A stretch of 64,000 nucleotides of DNA, taken from assembly GCA_036172245.1 (NCBI GenBank), contig JAYWIR010000001.1, positions 3,720,001 through 3,784,000 of the forward strand. The letters are read 5' to 3'. This DNA is from Raillietiella orientalis (taxonomy: Eukaryota). Below are positions 47,385-59,802 of the stretch, one piece after another; positions within the stretch are counted from its first letter, which is position 1; each line of letters begins with the position of its first letter. A program made the translations under genes and the position numbers. The notes beneath the pieces were generated by a model. It made no database searches. It was not told where the DNA came from and saw nothing but the letters and a program-made list of their open reading frames with translations.

Positions 47385-48959
47385 CGGTAACGTCGGGGCG
47401 TTTATTGTGGAAAAAAATACAAAATGTCTTTTCTCGTAGGGACTTCACGTCACCACTACGAAGGGAAAGACCTCGGGGGAGCTGCGTCCCGTGAGCAGCT
47501 CCCCGATGAGATCCACACAGGAGGAGTAGGGGAAGGGGCAAACAAAACAAACACAAAATTTCAGCTTAAAAATATGTCGGGGGTGGGGATGGATGATGGG
47601 AAGGGATCACAGATTTCTTCCTCGCGTCCTCAGCATCCTGTGGAGCGTGTTGCAACTTTTTCTCCTTCTTTTTTTTTTTTTTTTAAGGCCATAGCGACCC
47701 CAAGAGGAGATCGTTACTATTGGCCTAGGACGATGGAAATCCTTGGGTTCTTCTTTTTCTCCTGTCTTCGCTGTTTTCCTTCCAGCTTTCTTTTATAAGA
47801 GTTTTCTTTTTTTTGGTTGGCTAAGTACCTCAGAGCCGGTTGGCGCCTCGCGGCTCACGTGGCTCTTTTTAAACATTAAACACACTGTTTTGTTTCCCCG
47901 CCTCCCCGCCCACGGCAACCCGCAGGGTGGCGTGTAATTCTTCAGGATAGGGCGCATCCCCGGATGAGGTCCTCCCTATGAATCTAGGAAGGGCTCGGAG
48001 TCCGTTCCTCTCACGCTTGGGGAGGGAAACGCACCTCCCATCCTGGTTCTCTCCGAAGGGGAACCCCGAAGGGAATCTCCTTCCTCATTCTCTCCGGATT
48101 GATACCCCCCTCTAATGTGGAGGGTCTGTCCTCTCCATTTCAACATCTCCGAAGGGAACCCGGAAAGGATCCGCTTGTAGGAATTTCTTCTCCGGAGGGA
48201 ACCCGCAAGGGAACCGCTCCTGTTCACTCCTCTGAAGAGAACCCCGAAGGGACGCTTCCGAAACTCAGAAGGGAAGCTGCAGCTTCCCGCAGGGAATCGC
48301 TCTCGCTTGCTTCCTTGCACTCTGTGAAGAAGCGACGACTCGGATGGTCCCCCCCGATACAGGGGGGTCCGCTGCTTTGAACAATTGGAGAGGTGCCCGT
48401 GAGGGCTCCTGCTCCATCTTGAAACCGAAGGCGGTCCCCCGGTGAGGGGGTCCGCTCTCCGTTGCACGGCCGGAGGAGGAACTCCCCAGTCCTTTATTCT
48501 TGGGAGGACCCGAAGATCGACTCCCATTGTAACGGCCATCATCGGGAGGCCTCCGGCTTTATCCACCGCCGGGGCCACGCCCGAATGTCTCGGCCAACCA
48601 GCACCGTTGCAGGAGAAACCCAACGACGCAGTGGCGTCAGAGTTTCTGCCGAAGTATTCGAACCCGCGACGCATGGTGCCAAGCGCGGAAGTCTTAACCA
48701 CAAAGCCTCCGACGCGGGCTTTTTCCTTCTTTTGCTGGCAGAGATGTGTCCATCTTGTCGCCTTCCTCATGAAGGGGCAGACGATCGCGATGACCTGACC
48801 GTTCGACTGGTCTCTTTCGGCGCGGCTTTTCGCCGCTTCAGCCCTACAAAGGCAACACGAGGCTGCATCTCGCGCGACATGGAGTCGTGCGAGAAGAGGC
48901 GCTGCTAGACCTCCTTGCCGTTGTCCATCAGGAGAGGGAGGGCAGCAGCGAAGCGTTCC
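47385..48959 (-). repeat. Right arm of the inverted duplication, containing the SINE insertion
   Basis: See the left arm; the ORF track also shows identical peptides (GTLRCCPPSPDGQRQGGLAAPLLARLHVARDAASC) on opposite strands. Confidence 0.92.
47673..48723 (-). mobile_element. Full-length tRNA-derived SINE-like retroelement (~1.05 kb) with poly(A) tail and 10-bp target-site duplication (TSD)
   Basis: Head GCCCGCGTCGGAGGCTTTGTGGTTAAGAC...GGGTTCGAATAC (A-box/B-box-like); 3' end GTCGCTATGGCCTT followed by an A tract (T run 47669-47684). TSD tccttctttt at 47663-47672 and 48724-48733. The empty site is visible in the inverted paralogous sequence near 41911-41947. Confidence 0.88.
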
Positions 48960-49925
48960 GGGAACAACAGGAGGAGGACAACACAATCCAGCAACAGGTG
49001 TGAGAAAGTTCCCCGTTTCCCGCACCTGGCACAGTCCGGGGTTGCAGTCCTCTTTGTAATTGTATGTTTCTTTGGACCTGGTAAGCCTGACGGCTTCGTA
49101 ATTGATGCGGAAATCAAACACTTTGTTGGCAGCTCTATTTCCAGCAGTGGTCACGTGCAGGCGACGCCTGTTGCTCCATTGGGTCACTGTCAATGTGAAC
49201 ACAGTGCTTCCGGGATGAAGGGAGGCTATCTGGACCAAGACGTCACGCATCCTCTTACGTTCCGGGAACGCTTTCTCCAGCCACCTTCCGTGGCGGTCTT
49301 GAGGCGAGCGGATGCGCAACGGATGCACAGTGTCAAGCGAGAGAAGCCGCCGCGCCCTTCTTTTGCATTCTTGTCCAACGTTGCATGCGATCTCCCAGGG
49401 TAACTACTGCAATGCCGAGTGCTTTTATTTCAGAGGAAGCGTGGAGCTGTCCACAAACACTGGTGGGATTTCTACCTTTTCAGGAAGAATGCCGAGGAGT
49501 TCCAACTAGCGACGAATTCCTTTGGAGAAAGAGGCAGGGGTACAAGCGTCAGCCAGCTGACTCACCGTCCAGCATCCCAGCTGCTTCTTTGGGTAGGCGT
49601 CTCTCAGGCAAGAACGTGGGACTGTCTAAGATAGCTCGCAGTAGGTCACTGCTTGGGTGACGGACCTCTGGATATCTCCAAGTCTGGAAGGAAGAATTAA
49701 AGTGGGCGTAAGAATATGTCTTCAGCCAGTTGAGCATCTCGATTCTTTCCCGGATTCCCGGGTTTGCGTTACTGGTGAAGGGCGAAGACTACTTGCGCCC
49801 TCGCTGGAATGAGAATTCCGAGCGAGGGAGTGAGCTCAGATCGAGATATTGCGCATTATCTTGACATGGATCAGTTTTTTTTGCATGTATGAACCCAGAG
49901 GGTAGGAGGAAAAGAAGGCTTCCAG

Positions 49926-50672
49926 GCCCGCGCCGGCGGCCATACGGCTGCAGTCCCCGCGCGTAGCACCAGGCGTTGCGAGTTCGAATCCTTCCAGTGA
50001 GGATTACGCCGAGAAATGGGGAATGCGTTCTGGATTTCAAGTCACCCCGCAGGTAGACGCCGGTTGGCCCACGCCCTTTGGATGCGACAATGGCGGAAGC
50101 CGAAAACCGGATGACCCACCAAAGGTCCTTCCAGGAATCAAGCAGCGACGGTTCCCTTCGGGATTTCCCTCCGGCTGTGAAAATGGAACCGCCACCCCCC
50201 TTCCCCTCCCTTTTAAAGTAGACTTTCCACCGCCTTTCATGGAACTGGTTGATACCCCTCCAGACTGTCAGACGCGCTGCTTTCTTCGAGGTGTGTCCTG
50301 CGGAAAAATTGTGAAGCGGCCCTTCGGGTTCTCTTGCGAGGAGTACAGAAGGAGCGATTCGCTTGAGGGTTTCCCTCTGAAGAAGAAATGAGGAGGGCCG
50401 ATGAGAACAAAGAAGTGGTTCCTTTCGGGGTTCCCTTGCAAGTGTGAGAGGAAAGGACTCCTTCCTCTGGAGCTTTTCTGGATTCATAGGGTAGTCCCCC
50501 CCTCCCGGGGTACCTCCTAACTTGAAGAGTTAACATACACCCTCGAATGGCAGGGACAAAGTTAATGAGCTGTGTGAGCCAATCACGGGTTCTTCAGCAC
50601 TCTGCGGAACCAAAAAAAAAGGGAGGGAAGGATGGGCCCACAAACAAGGAAGAAACGAAACTAAAACAAAAT
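49926..50672 (+). mobile_element. SINE-family copy
   Basis: GGCCCGCGCCGGCGGCCATACGG...GAGTTCGAATCC head; ggaagccgaaaaccggatg and ctggattcatagggtagtcccc...aacttgaagagttaacat blocks. The 3' boundary is approximate. Confidence 0.75.
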
Positions 50673-51373
50673 TAAAGAGCTCCTTTCGTCCGCTTCCTTC
50701 CATCTGGCCTCGTGAAAGGCAATTTTATTCCTCGGTTTCGTCCTTGTTCGCTCTCAGCATGGGTGGTGACCCGGACGGGGGGTCGAAGCCAGAGCAAAAG
50801 GTACGGAAACCACCTGCTGCCTCGGCACTCCAGGGAACACCATCCTTGCTGGCAGAAAAAGAACGAGAGAGAAGAGCTGCGCCTCTCCTCTTGCAGGGAA
50901 CGCATGCTTCTCGGTCAGGAAGAGTCCCCGGCAAGTCCGCGTGAAGCGAGCGTGCACAGCTGGAACAGAGTCCCTGCCCTGGTGCGAACTCTGGAGAGCC
51001 CTGTGCTGGCGCCATCTCGAGATGCACCTGTCCGCTTGCTCCTCCACGTCCGAAACGAGAGCGATCTTCGGGAGTTCTAGCTGGATTCCAACACCCAGGC
51101 GAAATCGGGCGTTTTCGAACGTTCAGACGATTTCATGAACTCGAGAGTAAGCCAGCCGCAAGATCGTGGATGCTTGGATTCCTAGCAACCTGCGCGAATG
51201 CATCATAATACGGTTCACGTGTTGAGCCACGTGCTGTTGTTATCGTACGGGGCAGTCGTGGAGCCTGCAGAAATCAGTGTGAACAAACGGAATCCATGAG
51301 CAGTGGATAAGTGCCGAGGTGTTCCTCTTCGCTGAGCTCAAAACCACGGAAGCGCTGCTCTTCGCCAGCCGCC

Positions 51374-51612
51374 GCCCACGTCGGAGGCCATGTGGTTACG
51401 GTGGTCTCCGCCTATGGCACCATGCGTCGTGGGTTCCAATGCTCAGAAAGGAATCGACGCAGTGCGTCGTGGGTTCCAAGTTCACCCCACAAGGTGACAC
51501 TGGTTGGCCTACATTCATTCGGGTGCGGAACTGGTAGCCGTTGAAACCGGATGCCCCGGATGGGGCCGGGACAAATGGGAGTCGACCTCCGAGTCCTTCC
51601 GGGTCCTTCCTT
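51374..51612 (+). mobile_element. SINE-family copy, 5' part only
   Basis: GCCCACGTCGGAGGCCATGTGGTT...GGCACCATGCGTCGTGGGTTCCAATGC head and the ggttggcc...cattcgggt...gaaaccggatgcccc...ggagtcgacctcc block; the downstream body is missing. Confidence 0.7.
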
Positions 51613-52234
51613 GCTCTGCGGGGTAGGGCAAGGAGGCCGCCAGGGAGTGCAAAGCGTGCCAGGGCATCGGCTGAAAGCAGATTGGGCAGGCGGGAATCCA
51701 TCCTCGAATCTTGTAGCAATTTTCGAACGGAGGTCAGTCGGACCTCGTGTGTCCTCCATCATCGCAGCCGCACCAACCCCTTCATACTCCACAATAAGCA
51801 TACACACGCAAGACGTGTACACTAACTGATCGAATCGGAAAACCGGGAGCTGTGCTCCACCGCCGCACCACACCCAACAGTTGAATTTTTCGACCACCTC
51901 GCGTCACGTCCCCTAAACGCTTGTCCAGAGATGAATCCCCTACAAACGAGAAATACACATTCCGATAAAAGATCGGAAAGCACATATCCCACACTCGCAC
52001 GCCGTATTCCACCCCGAAACCAAATCAAGCTCGCATCCTGAGAAACCATCCGCCATTAAAATCTGCGGAGCACACAATAAATCACACCGCCATCTTCACG
52101 GTTCCTCAGAGCACCGTGCATATAAAGCACGCATGAAATCATATAAAACAGTTTAATTTCATTGAAGATAGCCATTAGCGCACGCTGTGTAGCATGAATG
52201 TACTTAATGTATTCATTATGGATTACCTGAAGTA

Positions 52235-52696
52235 TGCAGCAGCCTCCCGTATAACGAGGGTTCGTATAACGCGGCCAAAACTTTGCCGAGTTTCTCGTAT
52301 AACGAGGCAGTCAGCTCCGCGCTACTTTATAGATAAATTCGCATCCTGTGGCACAGCCGGCACAGATGAGCCGGTATACACCGGCTCATCTGTTTTCGAA
52401 AAGGATGCGAGCATGTGATCCAGTCAGGTTGAGTTGCTGAGCAACGAGAACGACGGAGCTGAGACCTTAGAACTGATTACAGAAGCCTTTTTCTTTGTTG
52501 TCTTCAAGTTACATAATAAATAGAGATCCAGTGTTTCCATTTTTAACACGAAATAAATATTTAAACATTCCTACTTCCACAGTCTTTTAACACGCATACC
52601 ATATCTTTCGTAAATACTCTGCCATTATCCATGTATAATCGATAGGGTTCGTATAACGCGGGACGCATCCCCGCTTGTATACGGCGACCTATTGTA
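52235..52696. mobile_element. pogo/Tigger-like MITE, same family as 26071-26588
   Basis: Left end CAGCAGCCTCCCGTATAACG, right end ...GTATACGGCGACCTATTG-TA; the CGTATAACG(A/C)GG motif occurs four times. Confidence 0.6.
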
Positions 52697-55196
52697 TTCT
52701 TGTGAAGCACTTATAAGCCTGGCACAAAAGATAACATAATATGCTTCAGAGATAACAGACACGCTCTAACTTATGAATATCTAAATGCTTGGAACATTAC
52801 TAAATACACTCGATCATCTGGTAGGAACGATCCAGAAACACCCGCAAAGAACTTTCAATCACGAAAACAGTCGATTCGTGCAACCCGTGGTGAATCTCGA
52901 TGCGCCGCGAATTACCACGGCGAATTTGCCACAGGTTGGGTCACGCTCCCCCTTTCAAATTGCTTTCTTTTAAATTACCCATATATAACTGATCCTTGAA
53001 TATTTCCTTACTGACCCTTATCGAAACCGCCTCGCTGCAGCTCATTATTTTTAATATCTAAGCCTCAGGGGAAAATTATTCCTTTTCACAGCTCTGGTTC
53101 GCATTGGAACTTTCGCAGTCCCAATATTGTGCTCTTTATAGATGGAGTTTTGGGGCTTCCCAGAATCGATTCTGCAATTTTCAAATGCAAGGACAAAATG
53201 AAGGACGAGTCGTCGCAGGAAACGTTCCTTTCCTAGTGGCTCTTTTTTTTTTTTTGAACCATTCCATCCATATCTGAAGAGATCCACGGTAGCGAACGGA
53301 CTCTGTATGCTCCGTTGCGGCACAATGTGCGCTTATTTGCACAGGACGCTTCCGCTGAGTTAGGTGTAACCAGCACTAGTTTGCGGACGCACTCCTTGAC
53401 CTTGCGATCCGGTCACGCACCGACTCCGTGCTAGCAGAGGAAGTCTTCTTTCGCCATCTTCCTCTTTCTCATCTTCTTTCGCATCTCTCTCAAGCCAGGC
53501 TTGTCTTACCCGTGCTTTCACCTTGCGAGCAAGCAGATTGGGCACCTCTGGCATCTGCAGCCTGCAATCTCCGACAAGAAAGAGCAATATTTTTCCAAAA
53601 GAGGAATTCGAATCGACCTAACCACGTTCAGAGGCTGTCGGCATGGAACCCTTCTCCACATCAGGTCTCCACCATGCCACTGAAACACTTGCTACAGCTA
53701 GGTGACCAAATCCTTCTGAAGGCAACGTCTGCTCCTCTGCTCCATTCTACTCTCCGGAACTTGAGGAACGTACGTCGTCCGACGAAAGAAGCCTTGGTTG
53801 TTTCTTTACTTTTAAATAAACTTTTCAAAGTGACTGGGTGGAAGCGAGGGAACCCTGGAAGGCAGGAACGGCTCTGTGTCGGAGGTTGGGTGAAGACACT
53901 CGGCACTCGAGAGCTGCCATCTTCGGGTTGCCTTTGTAGGTGAGTTCACTACTCAGACTTTCACACCTGTCCATAGCAACCAACACCTTCCATGAAATCT
54001 CATGAACGCCTCATCAGGAGCACACAAAACCCAAGGTTTGATTCATTCTACAACTCCGGCTCTGCTCACCAAAATCGCCCCTCTGGAGGCGTTCATGCAT
54101 CCGGCAGTTCGAGCTCCAAAAGCCGGGCATCTCACCCGTTGGAAGTTGGAGGATAAGTCAAGGTTATTTCGTCTCCGAGACCCCTGATCATCAATCCTCT
54201 CTACTTTCTTTTCGAGGAGGTGCTAAGGTTTGTCTAGTGAGTGCACATGCAAAGTTCAGAAGGGCATGGTGGTTCTCCAGGCCTAGCAGCAGCAAGGCTG
54301 CAAAGAAGGCAGACGAAGCTGCGGAGAAAGGTGACAAAGGAAAAGCGGAAGAGAAAGAAGAGTCACGTCATCCACGTCTTCAGAGAATGGAAGCAGGAGT
54401 TCCCGGACATTAGCAAGAAGTTGCATCCTCTGTCCAAATTCGAGAACGTTCCCTCGATGCGCAGAATAGAGGGAGTTCAGCTAAGGATGCCACTTCTTTG
54501 TCATTCCTCTTGTCCGCGGGCCTCAGAACGAAATCTCTTTGCTCATTCTACACCTGGAAGCTGTTTGAATACATGGATGGAACAGGAAGGACTCTAATGG
54601 CTTTGCAATGGTTGCTGAGCATGCAAAGACATCCCTGCTGTTAAACGTATCACGAAGCCGCAGATCCAGCTAGTGGTGAATCCCGAATCTCTGGAAAATC
54701 ACTTGTTTGGGAGAGAAGAGTGCAAGTCCCGAAAACATTGTTCCGCAACTGATGTTGGATCAGAATTGGTTCTGTTATCAGGCACCGGGACCTACCTAGA
54801 TAGAAGGGTTCCAATGTAACCGGGACTCCCGGTTTCTTGTGATACCAGAAAAGAGCACTTCGCAGGAATTTCAGTCGGAAGCTGTGTCCAAACAAAAAAT
54901 GCCGCTAATCTCTCGTTTCTTTTCGGAATGACAATGCTGGATGCTACAGCTGCAAGCTCGGGAGACAAAGAGCCACTGAAGAAGCTGCAGGTGCAGCAAC
55001 TCTCGTTTCGGTCTTACATGTGGAGGAAGAAGTTTAAGCGACTTCATAGAAAACTTGCGGGGATGCTTGGATGAGCCTGCGAGCTAGCACACAGTTCGAT
55101 TTTTATCTGAGAATCCACTAGAGTGAGTCCATTGGCCACATCCAAGTGTACTAGAATCCAACTCTGAAATCAAGAACGCGGTTTGAGTAACCATAC

Positions 55197-55885
55197 GGAC
55201 TGCGTTGACGACCGTGTGGCTCTGCGCGTCGCGCCACGCGTCGCGGGTTCGCATCCCACCCGGGGAAGAATCGACACCGAGAAATGGGAAGTGTGTCGTG
55301 GGTTTCGAGTCCCCCCCCCCCCTAAATGACGCCGGTTGCCCTTAGGCTTCATATAGGGCACTGGGGGAAGCTGAATGCCCGCGTTGACTAGCCGGGATTA
55401 GAAGTTAACAAGTTGATCCTCCGGGGTCGTTCCAGGACATCAGGGAGCACTAGTTCCCTTTGGGTAGTGAAAATTGATCGGTTTCACCCGTCCTTCCTTC
55501 CCTCCTTCGAAAAGATCATCCATCGCGTTTTCATGGAGCTGATGATGCTTCCTCGGGGAGTTGCCTCTCCAGGGTGCAAGAAGCGCGCTGCTCCCTTTGG
55601 AGTTCTCTTCAGAGGAGCACCAGAAAGGTGCAGTTTCTTCCGGAGAAGAAATTTCAGAATAACTTTTTAGGGTTCCCTTCTGAGAAAAAATGAAAAATAA
55701 CTTCTTCCGAGAAATCCCTCTGGAGGCAATAAGGAAAGAGATTTCCTCTGGGGATCCCTCCCCAGGCGTGAGAGGAACGAACTCCTTCCTCTGCATTCGT
55801 TCGTGGATTCATAGAGTGGTCCTCTCCCGAAGTTATCCCCCTAACTTGAAGAGCCAAACGCACTCTCGGGTAGCGTGTGCAGCGC
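55197..55885 (+). mobile_element. SINE-family copy
   Basis: GTCGCGGGTTCGCATCCC B-box-like head; ggagttctcttcagaggag body; ggattcatagagtggtcc...aacttgaagag block. Boundaries are approximate. Confidence 0.7.
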
Positions 55886-58800
55886 TGAAGCCCTTCGTGG
55901 GCCCCCTATGGAGGCCACGGTACTCGGGAACACGGCTTCCGGATCGCTAACAGAATTCCTAGAGAAATCTTCCCGTAAAACGCAGCTTCCTCGCACATCC
56001 CGTTTCCTCGACGGAATGTTCGAATGGCCGCCGCACATGGGGAAACTCACTCAGCCCAAAGTTCCTACAGAAATCCTGGAAATGGGGGATTCTCGAATGG
56101 GAATATCGAATGAACACGAATCCTCTCTTCAGCGTTCCCAACCGTCCGCCCTCCCTCAGACCTGTAATCTGGGTCACCAAGGAAAGAAAAGGAACTCCCC
56201 CTGGCGCAAAGAGAGCAGCAAGACAACCCTTCGTCACCCTCAGATTTTGTCCCGCGCATGAGGAGAAGCTCTTAGAAAGCAAACAAGCAGCAACCGCATG
56301 AGGTTGAAAGTCGGCAGCCATTGCTGTGATCTATGTTGCTCTTCATGAATGGGTGCTGTAACCAGGATGGGATGCTTGCATCTTCCAGACTGCAGAGCAC
56401 GGAAACATTTCTGGTGAGCGCATCTTGAGCAGCATCCTGAGCAGGTCATTCGTGATGAGGACGAAGATGGCAGATTGCAAAGTGATGTCCACCCGACCCT
56501 TGGATGCGAAATTGTGGAACCCGCTGAATGCTCAGAATGCGCTCTGGCAGGAAAAGATTACCACTGGTCTTTTCCGTTTGGTCACCCCCCGAAACGAGGA
56601 GCGTTTCTGCTCTGAGGAACGTCCCAGGGATCTGGCCTCTGTGGAGTGGTGCAGGCGCTCTCGCACCAACTGGATGAGGACGGTTGCTGCAGCAGGAGAG
56701 GAAGCGATCCCCCTGTTCCCCTTTCCTCTCGAAGCTGCTTCAAGGACCCGCACTTTAAGGAATGTCCACTTTTCTCCCGGACTCCCGTCTGACACCTCCG
56801 TAAATCCTCCGCCGCGTGAGGCGGCAGCGGTGGCTGGCGGAACGAAGGAAGAGTGCAGTCCCGTACATCTCAGGGGAACTCTCGCAACCGCCACCTCGTT
56901 CCAGAGGAGCGAGATGGAATGGGCCGGTTCAGGATACGAGGTGCAAGCTTAGCCTTCGGGCAATTGGGAGCAGGCGAACCGAACCCCATCCCTTCCCTCC
57001 TGACCAGGCAGGCCCCTCGGGGATCGCGTTCAGTCCCATGAGGCCGGCCTGTCCTCTTCCCCTTTTGTATTGTCGGTGATCGTTGCCTTCCGTTCCGGAC
57101 CGGCTCCACTCCCCTAATTGTGTTGATTTTTATTCACTCCCTTTACATAAATAGCCAGGCAACCCGGGATGAAAAGGTCACTTCGCGCACGGGGTTTGTT
57201 TATCAAGTATTTTTATTGCCGGTACATAGTGCAGCCTTATGTAAGTGGTCCTTGGCGTCCACTGAACCAACAGTCTGTAATAGCGAAGTGATGAATAAAA
57301 ACAAATAAACTGTGATGAGGGTGGTCTCTGGGTCCCAGTTCTTCCGGCCCTCGACCCTCGCGCTATGCGAGAGAACCTTGCTGCTGGAGTCAGCTGAGAT
57401 CTCCCGCCGCTCTGCTTGTCACGAAGAAGAGTGCAGCGTCTTTCCGTTGGCGTGGAGCTGCCTTGATACTCCACGGATGAAAAGCAGGATGCGGTACCAC
57501 AGCGACCGGTGAAAATTCCATCTTGGTGGGGGGAGAATTGTCTGAGCTTCTTGCGGGAGCGTCCGAGTCACTTGTTCTCGGCTTAAAACCGGAACACATT
57601 CCCCCCTTCCCCCAGTCCAGCTGGAGGCTTGGGACAAAGTCCCTCCAACTCGCAATTCCTTCCCTCCGAGCGGGCGCGTCGGTCTCCTCAGGCGGAGGAA
57701 GATCACCGGGGAGGGAAGTGTGGAAGGAAAACAGGGAGCTGCCGAGAAGACTGCCTCTTGGAGGAGGTTCTCTGGGCACAGCAGCCCTTGCGCTCGCGTC
57801 CTCGGAGCAGCCTCTGCGACCGGCGAGGTCACCACCCTCTAGCGTCACGGAAAGTGGCACCAGGATTCACTGGAACTGCCGTTGGGATGGGAGATCCGAG
57901 GTCCCCTGACGGAATTTCGCCTGGGGCAAAGCTGAGAGCGGATATCAGGTAATCTTCCATCTTCCCGACCACTCCCTGAGTCTTCTCCCCGCTCAAGACC
58001 CTGGCAATGCGCGCTTCCTGGTCATTAAGCGGCGCTGGTCCACGACTCGAGCAGAAAGAGCGAAGAGGAAGAAAGGAATGCGCCTGCATCAACCGCCTCT
58101 AGGTTTCTTCCGGTGCTTTCGCACCGGAGAATTGGCCCCGAGATCAGAAGACAAGGCATCAGGGAGCTGGGATGAATTTGCAGCTGTCTGCAAGGCGCGA
58201 ATGGGAAAGCTGAGGTGGGACCACGACCTCGGAAGCGAGACGGCGGCGTTTCCTCTTCATGAGTCGCGCACTGTCATGCATCCTGTAAACCTCAAAAGTC
58301 AGGGATAAACTGCCTTTTTTTTTTTTCACCCACTCTTTTGCGAGAGGCAGCCCCCGTGTTCTGAGATAACCTCACTTGGAGGGGGAGGGGAATCGTGTGG
58401 CCCACCACGGGTGGTTCCCTGAATTCCGATTCGCGTGCTTCCGGGAGTTCCTTCCACCCCTCCCCTCTCTTCCGGGACGCTCTCTCCCACGCTGTTGTCA
58501 TGACGAAGCAGCGGTCGTGGTGGAGGAGGGTAAGGGAGGGCGGAATGGAGGCCGGTAGGCAAGCAGGCTCACTTTGGCACAAGCTCGTGAGGAGCGCCTG
58601 TCAGCAAGCCACCCTGGTCATTCGGAAGCGCGGATCGCCGCTGGCTAAGTGGCTTCCTGTGGGAAAGGGCGGGATGGCTGCTTGAGAGTCGCGCTCGCGG
58701 TTCCGCGAGGAGGGCGGGTGTCCAACCTCCTCCCCTCCCCCTTCCGCCTTCGAAAGAGCGAGGGGGGGGGAACAAACCTCTCTTCGGAGGCGGAAGCAGC

Positions 58801-59749
58801 AGCCTCCGGAGGAAAGCCGAGCGCCCTCCGCCTCCTCCGGCCGGAGCCCGGCGAGGAGCGCGGAGGACCGCGGTTTCCCGGATCGCTTCGCTTATCGAGA
58901 GCTTCCGCAAGAACCACCTCAGGAGCGGACCAGCGGGTCCCGGGGGCGCGCTTCCCTGTCGCTCCCGGTGCTGGTCTGCGGCGCCCGGAAGGAAAGTCGA
59001 CGGTTTCCCTGAATACAAAGCGCTCATCTGCTGGGATGAACAGGTGGGGGGGAGCTACAATAACTGGACCTTCCTTTCCACAAGCTGACAGCCTCCTGTT
59101 AATATGCCCGGATCGTCCTCTCCCTTGATCCGGGTGCGGGATGTCAGATGAAGGTCGGGTGCGAAAGGAGGGAGGATGAATGGTCAGCTGACGAGGCACT
59201 GCTCCTTTCCTTGTTGTTGCGTGACGTGGCACGGGATTCAGCAGCTCCTCCAGACGGGAGTCGCCACGCGGCCTTCGGGGTCTTCCGGATAGGTATCTGC
59301 GGCAGCTCGCGGTCCCATCCGGTTTGCTGAAGGAGGAACTGGAGCATCCAGGAGGAGGGGGAGGCATAAGGAAGGGGTGAGGATTCCCTCGTCCCCTGCC
59401 CCATCGGAAGTTCCGCTAGCGGGGAGAGATCCCTCGGATAACCTCCCAGCGATGGGGCAGTAAGAAGGAGAGGCGCTGTTGCCATGAAACCTACCCCTTC
59501 TTCCCCCCGGAGACGGCACCGGGTCCTCCGACACTTTGCTCTCGCGTCCTGAGCATCTGGAACCTTCCGAAAGGGACTACCGCGATCTTGGAATGCTTTC
59601 CTGGAAATGCGCCACCCACTCCTGGAAGCGCGAAGGGAAAGCCAATCACCATCTGCCACCTGCATCCTCACCAGGGACGCATCACTGGATGCTTCGATTC
59701 TCGAGCCACCCTACTCGGGATGCACCCAGATGATTTCGAGCCGGGCGGA

Positions 59750-59802
59750 AACCCGTGTATGCCGGGAAACCCGTGCGATGGGCTTCCCGGTATACACGGG
59801 TT
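59750..59802. other. Near-perfect 23-bp stem-loop (pre-miRNA-like or MITE-derived)
   Basis: aacccgtgtatgccgggaaaccc-gtgcgat-gggcttcccggtatacacgggtt; 21 of 23 positions are Watson-Crick, with one G-U and one mismatch. Confidence 0.6.

Noticed and set aside
48645..48720. tRNA-like sequences here and at ~27460-27530, ~32360-32430 and ~49926-49995 as tRNA genes
   Set aside because: No complete cloverleaf or acceptor stem, and each is attached to the SINE body.
47976..49328. 450-aa ORF, the longest in the track
   Set aside because: It runs across unique sequence, the inverted-repeat arm and the SINE; it has no recognisable domain and is a chance frame in GC-rich repeats.
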